DNA of 64,000 bases from Ylistrum balloti (Eukaryota), in the NCBI RefSeq assembly GCF_031769215.1, contig NW_026782268.1:2046001-2110000 (forward strand), read 5' to 3'. Shown in pieces: positions 13,655-27,861 of the stretch. A model generated the notes under the pieces. That model had not been told where the DNA came from and did not search any database. It worked only from the letters and a program-made list of their open reading frames with translations. How positions within the stretch are numbered: the first letter of the stretch is position 1; each line of letters opens with the position of its first letter. Position numbers and translations under genes: made by a program.

Positions 13655-13820
13655 TGGCAAAAATGGTTGCCATATTGGATTTTGAACAGACCTGAAAATA
13701 GCAACACTTGGTTAGGAGCATCTTAGAATCATTTCAGTTAAGTTTGGGCTCAATCTCTCCTGTGGAATTTAAGAATAAATTTTAAAATATGAAAAGTTTA
13801 TGCAGGACGGATGGTGCCAA
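13655..13820. repeat. Satellite-like core repeat of Helentron-associated (HINE-type) elements
   Basis: aaaatggc..gccatattggatttt motif and adjacent sequence recur at ~12860-12880, 22130-22580 and 23570-23700. Confidence 0.5.
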
Positions 13821-14890
13821 ATGATATTGGAATCACGATGGTCACTCATTGGTGACTATAGATCATCCTGTCTGTTTGAGTCAGATGTCTGGAATATGGT
13901 AAAATTTAAAATATTTCAGTTTCATGTACATGTACATCATAAAAATATTTAATCTTATTTTAACATAGAATATGCATAGTAATAATAAATCAAAATGTAA
14001 AATAAAAAGTAATTTCAAAAATAGGAGAGGTAGTGATGTGCATTAGCATTCCATTCCAAAGCTTCTTGTCAAATCCATCACCCTGTAAATTAAAATAAAT
14101 GTAAAATTATTATGAAACGAACGATATATGTTCTATGTATATTCTGTACCTGGTACATGAAATCAGAATCATTAAATTGAGGTCATTTATCATTTATAGA
14201 TGTTGTGGAGTGGATATCTGCAAAATATGGTGGACAGCTGCATTCGGTCATAAAAACTTTGAAATTAAGCTTAAATCTACTTTGGACCAAAGCTTAAAGA
14301 TTTAAATATTGAAGCTTAATGGAAAACATTTCCTTCCTTTGGTGATATCAGGGGTTTTGCAGTTAAAACAAGTACACATAATAAAACGCATAGCATCTGT
14401 AATACATATTTCAATCAGGGATTTTAAACTGCAAACCAAAGGGAAACTCTGCACTGTCACAGGAAATAAACAAGAAAATGGCCTTGCTTGATACATACAT
14501 GTACATATGTACATACTATTATCTCAGAGAATTACTTTAATTGAAATGAAAAACATTAAATACATGAATTATACAGCGGAATCAACACGCTACTAATGCT
14601 CAAAGTGTCTTTTTGTTTCCCGTTGTTTCAGAGTTATCCATGAAAATTTTATCATCATCAGATTTTTTCATCGATGTTTCAGTAGACTTCTCATCATATA
14701 AAATATATTTGTAAACATCTAATAATATTTAATAAATCTTTATATAAATTGTCCCCTGAGATACTTTGCAAAGAATGATATTGACATAGAATTCATTATT
14801 AGATACCAATGTATTGCTAAGCATAGTTATCACCCAAGGCCTATCGGTAACATGATAAGCTCTTACCTTTCATGGTACACGTATACCTAT

Positions 14891-17800
14891 TTATTTGCTA
14901 GGTACTTCTAATGATAAAAATTCTTCTTTCCGTCTGAAGTATTCATCAAATCTTATCACAGCATACCTGAAAAAGCATGGTGCAATGTATAAGAAAGAAA
15001 TTGAAAGAAAAATTTAAAAAAAAAAAGAAAAAAAGAGTTAACAAAAAAATTATATTTACACTACGTAGATACAAAAATGAAATATTTTTCAAGGCCATAA
15101 GAATTTTGAAATGAAATTATGAATCATTTTGAAAATACTTATACATCATGTCACCGCATAGGTTTAGTCCTGATTCAATGAAACAGAATCTGAATGTATA
15201 TTTTAAACCATTTGTTCTGTTAATTTTTATCATCTAATATCTTCAAAGCTTGCTGAATAAATTTCTAAACAATAAAGCAAAAATACATTTTCATTTCTGC
15301 ATGTAAAATCACATGTATATCCACAAAGTGCCCATTCATTAAGCTTTAGGACAGTAAAGTCAATAATATGATTCCATACAAAGTTTTGACTTACTCAAGA
15401 TAATCAAAATCAATGGTAGAGTACTTGGCTTGTATAATGGCCCAAACACCCCAGAAAAAATGGGCAGTCTGAAATTCAAACGTCAAGTTGTCAGTAAAAC
15501 AAAAAAATTCTGCATCATTGTAAACTTCAGACATGATGTTCTAACTTTTTAGCATCTTACATATCAATATATGTGTTATATGATAACAGAACAGTTCCCA
15601 TATAGCATTCTACCATTCAGATGAAATCAATTTTTTGCTAAATACATATCATATATTGTTCTATTTTGATTAAATTTTTTATGACTCAAAGCCTTGTGAC
15701 TCATAAGTAATACAGATATATTTATAATGTGTAAACATTGGACAAAACCTTCACACACACACACGTGTTGGGATATATTCAAGGCAGATTTTTGTAACAC
15801 TGCAAGGAAGGAATCCAAATCCTTTAAGATGAGAGAATATATATCTACTGTTTCAGCAAATCATACATGAATTCTCAGATTCTAGACCAGCAATGCTCTT
15901 TTGCATTATTACAGTATCATAAAAACATCATATATGTCATTTCCATGGACTGTCATGGTTCTCCCATCTGGAAATGATATTGTGAATTTTCTGACAGCTG
16001 AAATGTCATTCCTTAATTGTGTTCAATAAAACTGGGAAAAAAATGCTGAACAGTACACAGTATAATATGAAACAATAAGAATTATTATTATTATTACATT
16101 CTTAACAGCCCATCAACACATAAAAGGTCATTAGGGTCATCAAACAATAAGAAACCAAAAAATGAACCATAACACACATATGACCTTGGTAGGACATAGT
16201 TCTTGACAATTTCTCCAACAGGAGGTTATATAAATATCCAGACTTCTAAACGGTGTTATGATATTTGATCATAAGTATTCAAGAACATTAACTCTTGTTA
16301 TTTTCTGTGTCCTTTCAATTAAATTAAAAAATTCTGGAAAAGAAAATAACAAACAAGGAATATTTTACATATTCAGTATTTACGTGTACTTACCAAGGCA
16401 CATTTGTTGACATAAACATAAAATCTTTCTAGCTCTGTCTGTGATATATCATCTGAGTTGTCATGTGCTAGATTCCAGGCCTGTAGATAGGAGTGAAGCC
16501 ATCCCATCTGGAATTCCTTGTCTGGGTACAGATTGTAGTCCACTTCTTGCACTCCTTTAAACAAAACATTCCCCTGACCCATAAACAATTGTAAATTCCA
16601 TATTTAATCTAATAAGCACACTTGGTCCTACAAAGGCATCTATGCTTTTTTGGGGTGAAAGAAGAGATCACTGAGCTGTAAAAGTTTTAGCATCTTACTT
16701 CACTGATCTACAAATATATCTACAATATTCACATTCTTTTTAACTCTTTGCATGTGTCCCATATACAGCCAGTGTATTTTCCTTAGTTTTTTTGTCTTTT
16801 TTTTAATTCTTCAAATTCAAATCTAGGTCTTTTTTCTTAAATTTAGATTCAGGTGATTTTGTTTGTTTGTTTTTTCTTCAAATCTAAAATAATCTTTTCT
16901 TCTATTTTTTTTTCAATGCCTGATTATATTTAACCATGAGACATTTTCCTGTAAAAAGATTTATTTATCCTGCAACATCTCTTAAATTTAATGTAAGCCT
17001 ATAGAGTATTGCATATGGTGTAATATTACTTGTAAAAGATCAATTTTGAATGTTACTTTTAACATACAGCATACTACTTCTACACTATTGTTGGGGAAAA
17101 AGTCTGATCTAGAGACAAATATTTCACAACCTAATATCAAATTCTATTTATATTCTCAATATCTACAAACGAAGTAAACCCTTCATAACAAACAGTTTTA
17201 TTCAAACAGTTAAAGAAATTAGCAGAGGCCAAAGGGCCTAAACAGTCACCTGAATCGATTTTGTCAAAAAAGGTAATAAACTTAAACTATATTGTACACA
17301 TAATGCAAATCCAAATTGTGTATACATTAACTGCTGTTCTATACTAAGGTTTTTATCCAAGTTTAAGTCAAAAGAAATTACAATCAAGATTTCAGTTTTC
17401 CTATATAAAATCTTCCATCTAGGAATAGTAGAGCATTTTTCAAATTTCAGTCAATTTGACCTGTTTTTGGCCCTGCCCATCAGCCCCTGGGGTCAGTCAA
17501 GGTCAATATGTGCATCTCATCAAACTGTCTGCTTATATTAATATAAAAAAAATTCTATCCAAATTTGAACTATTTCTGAAAGAAAACAAATTATGCTTAA
17601 AAGATATTTTCCTATATAAAATATAATAAATTTTACCCCCTCCCGAAGGGGAATTGTGAGGCCCTGATATCATGAAATTTATAATTTTTATAAAGCACTG
17701 TAAGACACATATAAGGTCCTACATTATCTGGGTACTGAGATGAAGATTTTTGAAATTTTTAGTTGATTTGACCCATTTTTGGCTCCACCAAAGAGCCACT

Positions 17801-20800
17801 TGGGTCAGTCAAGGTCAATATGTGCACCTCCTAAAACTGTCATCTTAAACTAATAATTTTACCCAGGTCTATTTCCAACAGAAAATAAACAAATAACATT
17901 CAAAAACGTGATTTTCCTATATAAATTAACATAAATTTTACCCCCTACACAGGGGGAAATGTGAGACAATGGGGTCATGAAATTTACAATCTTGGTAAAG
18001 CATCTGAAGGCCTTTCTGTCCTTGAAGAGTACTTGATTCTATTATACCTGGGATTTGAGAAGAAGATTTTTGAAATTTCAACCAATTTGACCCTGTTTTT
18101 TTGCCCCATCCCTCAAGACCCTTGGGGTTGGGGACCATATAAATTGCAGTTTTGGTGTGCCTTTAGCCATGAAACATATTTTGTAAAATTTCATTGAGAT
18201 TGGTTCTGGAGTTTTCCAGAAAAAGTTGAAAATATTAAAAGTTCAAGACGCCGGACAAAAAGGAACCACAATAAAGGTCACCCAGAGACTTTGTCTCAGG
18301 TAACCTAAAAATACATGTACATATTGCACGCACTTACCAGCAAATTCACAGAAGTGATTTCCAATGTCATAAGGCTGGTAGTTGAACATTCCATATTCAT
18401 GGTCAATAAAAGTCACTTTGTCTGTATAAAAGAGATATTACCGTTTTGATATAGATTACTAGCTACAGTCAAATGGTATTCAGATATATCTTATGCTAAA
18501 ACTGAGAAAAGTCACGAAGCCTCAGTGATGCCAAAATGACAAGGTGGAAATGGTGCATTACATATAGAACCAACTACACATTCAAGGATAAGTAGCAATT
18601 AAGTTTTGAGAAAATAAAAACTTTCCTGCATGAGTAAGTGAATGTAAGCCTTGGTGCAGAAGACATTATTAACTGATAGCAGGTGTTGGAAAGCCAAGTT
18701 TGTTTTGTCTTCAGAATGAAAATTTCAGAACAATGAATGACATAAGCAGCTCATCATTACTTTTTTGAACAGAAATACTAAAGGCAATTTACAAGTACCT
18801 AAACATTAGGATGTAAAACAAAGTACCTGACTTTTTGTTGTAGATTACATTACCCACTAGAAGGTCATTGTGGGCATAAACAATGGGACACTCCATAGCC
18901 ATCAGGTGCTCCTTAAGGGTGACCATTTCACTCTTAAGTACTGATCGAGGCTGTACATGTTTGGAAAATCTGAAATGGAAGATATCCTTATGATGAATTT
19001 ACTCATATCCAAAAAGCTTCAAGGGAAACTCCAAAGTTGCACACTAATGCATGATCCTGATTGTACTAACATGAACTGCACATGATTGACCACTAATATG
19101 ACCTTAAATGACCGATGACTTGACCTTTCTGATCTATTGTGACCTTTCTGACTTGACCTTTCTGACCTATTGTAACCTTTCTGATCTATTGTTATATTTC
19201 TGACCTATTGTGACCTTTCTGCCCTATTGTGACCTGACCTATTGTGACCTTTCTGACCTATTGTAACCTTTCTGACCTATTGTGACCTTTCTGACCTATT
19301 GTTATCTTTCTGAACTATTGTTATCTTTCTGAACTATTGTGACCTGACCTAATGTGACCTTTCTGACCTATTGTGACCTTTCAACCAATAAAATCCTTTA
19401 TGGTAAGTCTCATGACTTAATATATGACCCTGTATGATCCTTAGGCCTGTATGACCTTGTGATATATGATCTTTTGATAAAGAATTTGATTGTGTCCCTA
19501 AATATAGCCTTGCTTTGTACAAGTGGTCAGTATTAAGTGGTTTGTGGGACATATGTCATACAGGTTTTTGTTGGTTGTTTCATTGATTGGTGAGGTAAGA
19601 TTTCAGTCGGTGTGGTCATTTTCAGACATTCCAACTTTACTAACCGAAAGTCGAACCTCACAAAGATAATATATATTTTTCATTTACCTGTACACCAGGT
19701 AGATATGTATCATGCACTGGTGTGTTCCTTCATATGTATTCGTTTGTATGTGTACGTGACTCATAACCACACTTAGGTTCAACATTTGTCACGTTTTGAT
19801 TGGGATTACTAAATCGGAGTAACACAGTACATGTATAGTTTATGTTATATCTCAGTCTCCTGTCATCAATAACATAATGGTTGACAGCCTGTGTTTACAC
19901 CAAATAACCTAACTCACTGATACTGACAACAATAAAGTCAAACATGCATGCAGGATAAACATTTCATCAACAGTGTACCTAAAATATGTTTCACTGGTAA
20001 GCTACTTAAATACCTTACAATCATGTAACACAAGGAGTATTAATTCATTTCTCAAAGAAATTTTTTTTCACAGTGAAAAATTTTTTTTTTCCAATATAAT
20101 ACTAACAATATGCCAAGTGAAAGAGATTGGGATCAAACTGTGTTACTCATACCACTGTAAGTGTATAGGGTGACAGCTTGCTGTTAGTCAATTGATATCA
20201 CATGAAAACTGTTCAGTAATGTATTTTCCTATTAAAAAGCACAACAGTGCTCTCAACCGTATAATTAAGGACTGCCCAAACACTCACTGCTATATCATAA
20301 TTTGGAGGATGAACGATACGTTTGTCCTTCTTCAACAGTACATCTCCTTACCAATGATTAAGATAAAATTTATTGTTTTTTGTAACTAATTAATCTACTC
20401 AACCATTTAACCTGCATATCATTAGACACTGAGTGTGATATAGTTGTGTGACTTGGTGTAAAATGCATCAACCACACACATATCATTTCTTTACAATACT
20501 GGCAGAAATATTGGTTTATAATCTTGTTTCCATTAAATGAAAAGAAAAAATGACATGTGATATCTCTTTAAAAAGTTTTTAAATCACCAAATTCTCGAAA
20601 CAGAAGCCATGATATTCATGCATGAAATGAATTTTCAACTTGGAGAGAAAATACAGAAATAAAATGCTTTGAATGAAGATTTGTTTTAAACAGCTGTAAT
20701 AGAGAAAAAATCACATGGCTAGGATCAGGTGAACTTATCAACTTGTATGGAAAGTTGACTCAGGGCTCCCGATCTGCCAGATTTGGGGCCGAATCCCAAT

Positions 20801-23800
20801 GCAAAATAGTATCTTTTTCTCCCAATTTAGACCCCAAGTTTTCCCAATTCTAAGGAAAACACCATTATTTTTACCAATTCAAAGGGCCCCCGGCACCAAT
20901 CCCAAAATGGGGTGTGAGAGCCCTGTGACTTTTAATTCTAATTGTAAAAAAGTTGGCTCTGATGCATGAATTAAATGGATTAGGTTCGACATATCTCAAA
21001 TCACCAATTGTGGACAACTTACTTCTCTTGTTTCACTGGATCATCAAACTTTTCTGGCATCTTGCTAAGCCAATCATCCAGTTTATCAAACAGTTCACAC
21101 TGGGGCTTTGATCCATCAGTTCCCTGGGATTTCACCAACTGAAGTTTCACTAGTTCTTTTGCAACTAGTCTGAGAATGAAAACACTCATTTAAAACGTAT
21201 AAAATTGAAGAGAATTTAGTGAGAAAGCAATCTTCGGCAATTAATTGAATACTTTGTGTTACGAATGCAGAGAATTTGAACAGTTAAGATTACAAATGAA
21301 GTCTTCGTAAAATGAAAAGAGAAATGAAAATCTTATCATGATGATTTAAATAAGAATAGATCTTGTAACACTAGATTTATGTAACAACCAGAATAAAAAT
21401 CAAGTTATAGAGAGAGGATAAGATGATGCAATTAGCCATTACATCATGTATTATATCTAGTGGGCAGAAAGCTTGTGTCTGTTAATAAGCCCACACATAT
21501 CTAAATGTTGCTACCTGAAAACATAAGCATAAGATTGGCTACATATAACCTACTGCATTGGCCTTCTGCATGATAAATACAGTATAAGCATGCGTGTGAA
21601 TTTGTAACACAACCAACTCACTTTCCTATATGTTGGTCTCTCACTGTCTTCTCATCCAGCTCTACACCGGAAGCAAATCCATACATGAGAGCGTTTCTGA
21701 AGACCGCATATAATGGTGGACATATATCTTTCTTTGATAAGACTATCATGTTTTTCATTTCTGCATCTCGGTCAATAATTAAATCAGTTTTTTGTCCGAA
21801 CACTCTGATAACAATGGAGTCTTCACCAAATTTTCCATCTTCATAAAAACATACCAATTTGTTTGTTATTCCTCCACTTAAAATCTGAAAAAAAATCCAC
21901 AATCACATAGTCATTGGAGCAGGCAAGCATGCATAAAAATGTACACTAAGGTGCAAGTTCAAGATATATGAAGTGGTTTCATCAAGAGACTTGTGGGCTT
22001 TAATGGTCAGTTGACTATAAAGACATACATGTACCAGATATATGTGATTAGCAGTAGAAAAAAATTAAACCAGTTTGCATTCCACAAATCGATTTCTCCA
22101 AATTCCAACTTTATAGAGTGCTTTTCTATCTAAAATGGCAGTCATATTAAATTTTGGATTGACCTGAAAAATAACAGCATTTGGTCAGGACCATTTCTGG
22201 CTGAATCCAGCTGGAATACTTGGTAAGAAGCTTAAAATAGACATTGCTTGGGGAAACCATGATTGCACAATCATGTTACAAAATGGCAACAGTAGCTGCC
22301 AGAATTAACTTTCAACAAGACCCTACTTAAAAAAATAAATAAATAAATAAAACCACTTTTTCAGCATTCTTTCCTTAACATTCCAACCAATTTTCAGCTG
22401 AATGTCACAAGTGGAATTTGAGAAAAACAAATATGATATTCAAGACGGCAGTCACAGTGGCCATATTGGATTTTGAATTGACCCCGAAATAACAAAACTG
22501 GGTTAGGACCACCTCAGGATCATTTCTGACAAGTTTCAGCTAAATCCCACTGTCGGAACATGAGAAGTTGAAAATTATAAAAGGATTAAGGTTTAATTAA
22601 GGTTTAAGGAGAACATATGATGAATTTGTAACAACACAGCAAAAATTAATTCATCTGAGACATACTCAAGACAATGTTGTACGTTGATATTTATATAAAA
22701 GTTGTTGTTTCCCTTTGTAATTGTGCCTCTATTTACGAACTTTACCGAACCGAAGTCATAACATCTTTTTAACATTTCCGTAAGAGGTTGGTATTTACTA
22801 TAAACATGTATAGGCACTATTCAAACTACACAATAAGCCCTCAAATGACCATACGCCTACATGCTACCTGCGATATGGCATCATGAAATGAGTGCAACAT
22901 CGCAATTGACCCATAAGTGTGCTTATTACATCTGTTCATTTGAGTATGCAGGTTGGTCTGGAGTTTTTTTCGTGATGGCCTTCTGAACTTTGTATAATAG
23001 CAATTTGTATTTTCAGTTGCACCCAATTTTCATTTATTTTGATACCCTCAAAAAGTTTTTCATAGTAGATACTACATAGCTTAAGTATGTCTCAAATCTT
23101 ATCTCTGCATAATTATCAAGTGAAAGTTTTTTTCAGAAATTGTTTTAATCTCGTAAATTTCCAAATTATGTATTTAATGAGGCTTTAAGCATGGCGGCGA
23201 TCAAAACATGTTGGCATTGGCAACGATCAAAACATTTTGGCTTTGGGTCATAAATGACAGTATCAAAAGAATTATTCTTGAATCCAGCTTGAAACTGAAA
23301 CAAGAAATTCTTTGAATTTGCTTAAAAAATCTATGAACCAAGTCATTTCAAAATAATTAAGAAGAGGATAAGAAGAAGACCATAGGCCTTACAACAGTAG
23401 GCCAACTATAAAAACCTGTACAATTGCATATAGTGTAACAGCAATCGAAGTAATAATGATTTAAACAGTTCGGAACATCTCAGCAGCAAATGAGAAAAAA
23501 AAACTCCCCATTTCAGTTTCTCAATGCACTATTGGGACATTGAGAAGTTTTCAATGCGTTTTTTTAAAAATGTCAACCATAATGGATTTTGGACCAATGT
23601 GAACAATTTGGTCAGGAACATCTCAGTATCATTTCAAGCAAGTATCAGCTGAATCACATCATAGAATATGAGAAGAAATTTTGAAACAGATGTTTAAGAA
23701 CATTCTCTTCAGGTTGGTCATGTCAAAGGAAATAAATTGAAGTCCTTACAACACAACCAGCAGAATATTTAAGCATGACTACACTGTCACCTTCACCTAA

Positions 23801-25052
23801 TTAATGACAAGTGACCAGTATGAAGCATACTATCAGTTGTATGTAGGAACTGACCAACATTTTTGCTTGTACTTTAATCCTATGTACATGTACACTAATT
23901 CTAAGATAGAAAGTAATGAGATTAGATGGTGAAAAGGTCAAAGAAAAAAGTACACAAGGCGGTAAGAATGTACTGCAGACGCTTTGGCTGTACTTTGCTG
24001 ATATGTAAGACCGTCTCTATGGTTTGTACACGGAGACCTTGCCAAAGCTTTTTTGAGAGTGTGACATTACTTATTTGCATTGACCAACATTTAAATGGTG
24101 GTCATGCGTGTCGTCCTTGAAATAGCGAATAGACGCTTATCTGAGCTGGAACACCTGTTTTGACCTTGTCCCTTGTAAATCTTTCATTTGTTCCCATTTT
24201 ACAACGGTTCACTTCACCATCATGATATTTTGACCCTGGTTCACTACACCATGCATGCTATACAATAACATGTTACGTTGATATTTTTTGTTGTTGTTGT
24301 TTTATATGTAATTTAATCTTAACATACAAGATCTCTGTCGATATCGCTCTATTTTCAACTGACAGAGCCTTCCACAAAATTTTAAAGTGAAGGCTCCAGC
24401 TCAGAGACACCTGACAGGTTCTATCACAAAGAGAGATTCTGATTCAAATCCTGTCAGGAGAAGGTATGTCGTTTTCCTTGTTCTAATTATACTCCAAAGA
24501 ATAAATAGGTATGATTCACACATGAGTGTGCATGGGCCTTTACAGGGAAATTCGGGCGATCTCAAAGTCTGAAATTGAATTGATATACAATCTTCGTCTA
24601 ATTTCTCACTAAGATATGCACAAGTGGTATGCTTTAACACAAAATAATAGCACAAACAAAAAAGCAAGTATATATATTTAAGCTTAAGCACCATAACTTC
24701 TAGCACGTATTTAAGTTTATGGTGTGTGATTTGCTCCACATATAAGCAAAGATATACGAATTGAAACCATTTGTCGATCACTGTAAAATATTGTCCATCA
24801 CCTGGTATGGCCTACCCTACCGGCTTTATATTATCCGACTACGTGATACAGCAGGCCGGTATGTGTATCGGCCCATTCAATGCCACATTATTGAGTTGCA
24901 GGACACACTGATAATCCATCTACCTTAGATTTCACACTGCTTTGGTCCCACTGTGGTTTGACTTTTTTCAACGCCTCAAATCCAGCTGATTCAATTTCAC
25001 TCTCTTCAATACTTAGGTCGAAGTACACCGGCTCCATAGTAGATGCAGCCAT
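14891..25052 (-). CDS. ETNK1: Ethanolamine kinase (choline/ethanolamine kinase family), 8 coding exons, 358 aa
   Basis: Exons on the minus strand: 25052-24924, 21884-21622, 21169-21023, 18969-18827, 18421-18338, 16554-16394, 15468-15395, 14966-14891. All introns are GT-AG, phases are consistent and the total is 1077 nt. Motifs: GGITNKL, IRVFGQKTDLIIDRDAE, Brenner HNDLL, FIDHEY, YDIGNHFCEFAG, HFFWGVWAIIQAKYSTIDFDYL. The symbol denotes the closest vertebrate paralogue. Confidence 0.95.
17221..18310 (+). mobile_element. Non-autonomous Helentron-associated element (HINE-like) with internal tandem repeats, in a kinase intron
   Basis: Subterminal inverted repeats gtcacctga (17245-17253) and tcaggtaac (18296-18304), 3' hairpin gagac-ttt-gtctc (18285-18297), and internal repeats such as ggtcagtcaaggtcaatatgtgca x2 and gaagatttttgaaattt x2. 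Confidence 0.65.
19099..19382. repeat. 19-bp minisatellite (TGACCTTTCTGACCTATTG)n in kinase intron 3
   Basis: Directly visible; about 19 perfect TGACCT hexamers by hand count. Confidence 0.9.
20761..20925. mobile_element. 165-bp MITE
   Basis: Perfect 8-bp TIR CAGGGCTC/GAGCCCTG flanked on both sides by TGACT (20756-20760, 20926-20930). Confidence 0.6.
22130..22580. repeat. Tandem HINE-type core repeats
   Basis: Two to three diverged units with aaaatggc / gccatattggatttt / ggtcaggaccat / tcagctgaat, homologous to 13655-13820 and 23570-23700. Confidence 0.5.
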
Positions 25053-27648
25053 GTTGGATAATGTCACAACAACAATTGAGAGTTATTCCCCTTCGTATAT
25101 GAAAAATCAATCAGATTTGTCAGCTTGAAAAAAAAATCTTATTTGTAATGAAATCGAAGATACAGCTTGGATATCAAGATCAACAAGATGTACAGGCAAA
25201 TTTAAAACAAAATATTTGTTAATCTTAAAAAAGTCTCTGGTCAGATATACCTGAACGGAAATCATGATTTCCGAATAACGACACGATCAAAATTCGACAC
25301 AAAATCTTATTGTCATTGTGAAATGTTCCCGATAAAGTTTAATCATTAAGATTTTTAGAAACAAAGACTTGCTGGCATATTTTATCATATGACTAAACGT
25401 ACATGTGTACATGTACAAACAGCACTTATCTGAACCCGGGAAACATGGGTATAACATCATAACTTATATAACAACGTCCGTGCTAAGATCACCACAATGT
25501 GCATATGGACACATTAAGCCGACTGAGTTGATATACCGACAATAAAAATAACGCATTATCATTTTTTCTTCATTCTCAACTAGAGGTGTATTAAAAACAT
25601 ATTCTATCTCAATGCACCAGCGAGTCTTTTGATTTTTCCCATATAAAAATTAACATTGGGTAAAACATGTACAGGCACCAGTTTTATCTGTCAATACACT
25701 CATATAGATACATTAGCATTATTTTTGTATGGACAGACAAGTTTGGTACCTTTGGGTCGTATCGTTATCAGTTTATTTTGAGTTGTTGATCTCAAAACAA
25801 GACAATACGTATATGCATCTTTACATATTTTAACCACGAAATCGAATTTAAAGGCACATTATTACTTTTAATTAAATAGTATTCTGAGAGCAGCCGAGTT
25901 TGATGTTTTGGATTTTTTTCATGTACCACACACTTCATTGATATTTTTTTCCAATATTTTGTTTTATGTTCAAGAGATTTTCAAACCAACATAAGTTATC
26001 TAAAAAAAATATGTGTAGCTTTGTGTCACAATTTTTTTATTCACAATACCTCTCAAACCAGACTGTTCATAAGTGTGCACTTTCTCTATAAAATTGCATG
26101 GAGATATGTCCAGCCTTTTTGAAAGTGAACTGTATCGATACATTGTGAACTGAAGAATGAGGAAAGTACTATTCTTTCATCGAGATTAGAATGTATGGGT
26201 ACATATGTACCAAAGGATATGGAAAGAAATGAAAGACATGAAAAAGAAAGGGGGAAAGTCATGGGGAAAATAACTCGACAGGAAAAATAGTGTTTTAAAA
26301 GAGAAAAATAGAAGAATTATGTTAAGGAAGGAAATGAGCTGAATAAATTAGATTTAGTGTTAAGATTTCATATTTGTTGTGTTTTCAGGCTAGTTGAGGT
26401 AAGGTTTTAGGTAATTTCAATTCCATTCACCCATTTCCCCCGATAATTAAGAAAATGTTGTAACCAAGAATCACATTTGCCATTATATCGGACCAGAATA
26501 TCAAAGCTAAGTAGATACATATTTAAAATCTTATTACCATAGAAACACCTTTTTCCGATACATAGCCGATGTCCATTTTTTTTATCTCTTATCTATGAGT
26601 AATGGTTTTATCGTTAACACGGAATTCGTTCGAAAAGTTATCAGTTTGTAGTGCACTTTGACACACGGCACGTCGCCAAGGGAAGGTCAGTACTTGGATT
26701 GTAATGCATAGCTGCATTTACGTAAACAACTCAGATTTTGCATGAAGTATAAAAACATGTGTTTTATTCCTTCCTATTCTGGTATTAGTCACAAAATTTC
26801 CCTTGTGACATTTGTCTGTTTGTTTACATACACGATGTAAATGGTCATTAATTCATTCCGATATCTTAAGCATTTGTATTGATTTTTCTTCACTCAATTT
26901 ATTCATTTATCAACGATATTTGAAGAATAGAAATTAATGAAAATGGCTTTGTTTGAATCGGTATCAAAGAGAGCGTTCACTGTGAAAGTAATGGAGGAAG
27001 TTACATGTTAATGTATTGTAAAATATTCACGATAATATCTACTACTAGAGCAAATGTTTCTGAAGTTGTGAATTTATACAGATATATATACTTGATAAAT
27101 ATTAATAAAACATATATGATACATATCAGAAACGATTTCCGGATTACATTTATTACAATACATGAAATCAATGATATGAAGGGAAGTCTCACCAACTAAT
27201 TCTGATTTCCAAGAGTTACTTCCCTTGAACAATAATAATGCATTAACTCTGGTTAGCTTACGTTAAAAGTTTTCATCAAATGTGCGATAGGAATATAGCT
27301 GAATATACATGTGATATATGCTCTACTTATATTTTCTGGTTAAAAAATGTACCCATGGTTTGTATCGGTAAAATAAAATGGTTAAAGTATGGATTTTTTT
27401 AAAAAATTTCCCTCTCTCGCCAGGTAGAGGGGAATTAAAAAGTTCCATGTTTATCAAGCTTATACGTAAACTGTCTATGTTATCTGTGAGATATAAATGT
27501 TGATAAATCTTATGGTTAATACAATTTTTCTTAAAGGTGGATTAACAAAATATAAGTTGATGTAAGTAAGATGTCTAATGAAGATGATAAAAAATAGGCG
27601 AGATAGGATATGATGAACAAAAATGGAGGAGAGAGAACGATGATTGAG

Positions 27649-27861
27649 TTTATTGTTGTTTTACGTCCTATCGACAACTAAGGTCATTTAAGGACGTGTC
27701 AGGTTTAGATGGTGTAGGAAGCCGGAGTACCTGGTGAAAACCACCGACCTGCGCTCAGTACCTGGCAACTGCCCCACGTGAGCCTCGAACACGCGACCCA
27801 GAGGTGGAGGGATATAGTAATTAATTACATTACGCCTTAGCCACTTGGCCACCGCGGCCCC
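27649..27861 (-). mobile_element. Full-length tRNA-derived SINE with 12-bp target-site duplication
   Basis: On the minus strand: A box TGGCCAAGTGG, B box GTTCGAGGC, central GGTTTTCACCAGGTACTCCGGCTTCC (V/Meta-domain-like). TSD ACGATGATTGAG at 27637-27648 and 27862-27873. Confidence 0.88.

Noticed and set aside
15855-15935. Possible C/D snoRNA in a kinase intron (ATGATGT ... CTGA on the minus strand)
   Set aside because: The C box is imperfect, there is no convincing terminal stem, and only ~8 nt of possible rRNA complementarity; snoscan or Infernal would be needed.
16654-16700. miRNA-like hairpin in a kinase intron
   Set aside because: It is only ~45 nt with several mismatches, too short for a pre-miRNA.
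24365-24460. Two adjacent hairpins resembling an H/ACA snoRNA
   Set aside because: No ANANNA hinge or terminal ACA on either strand.
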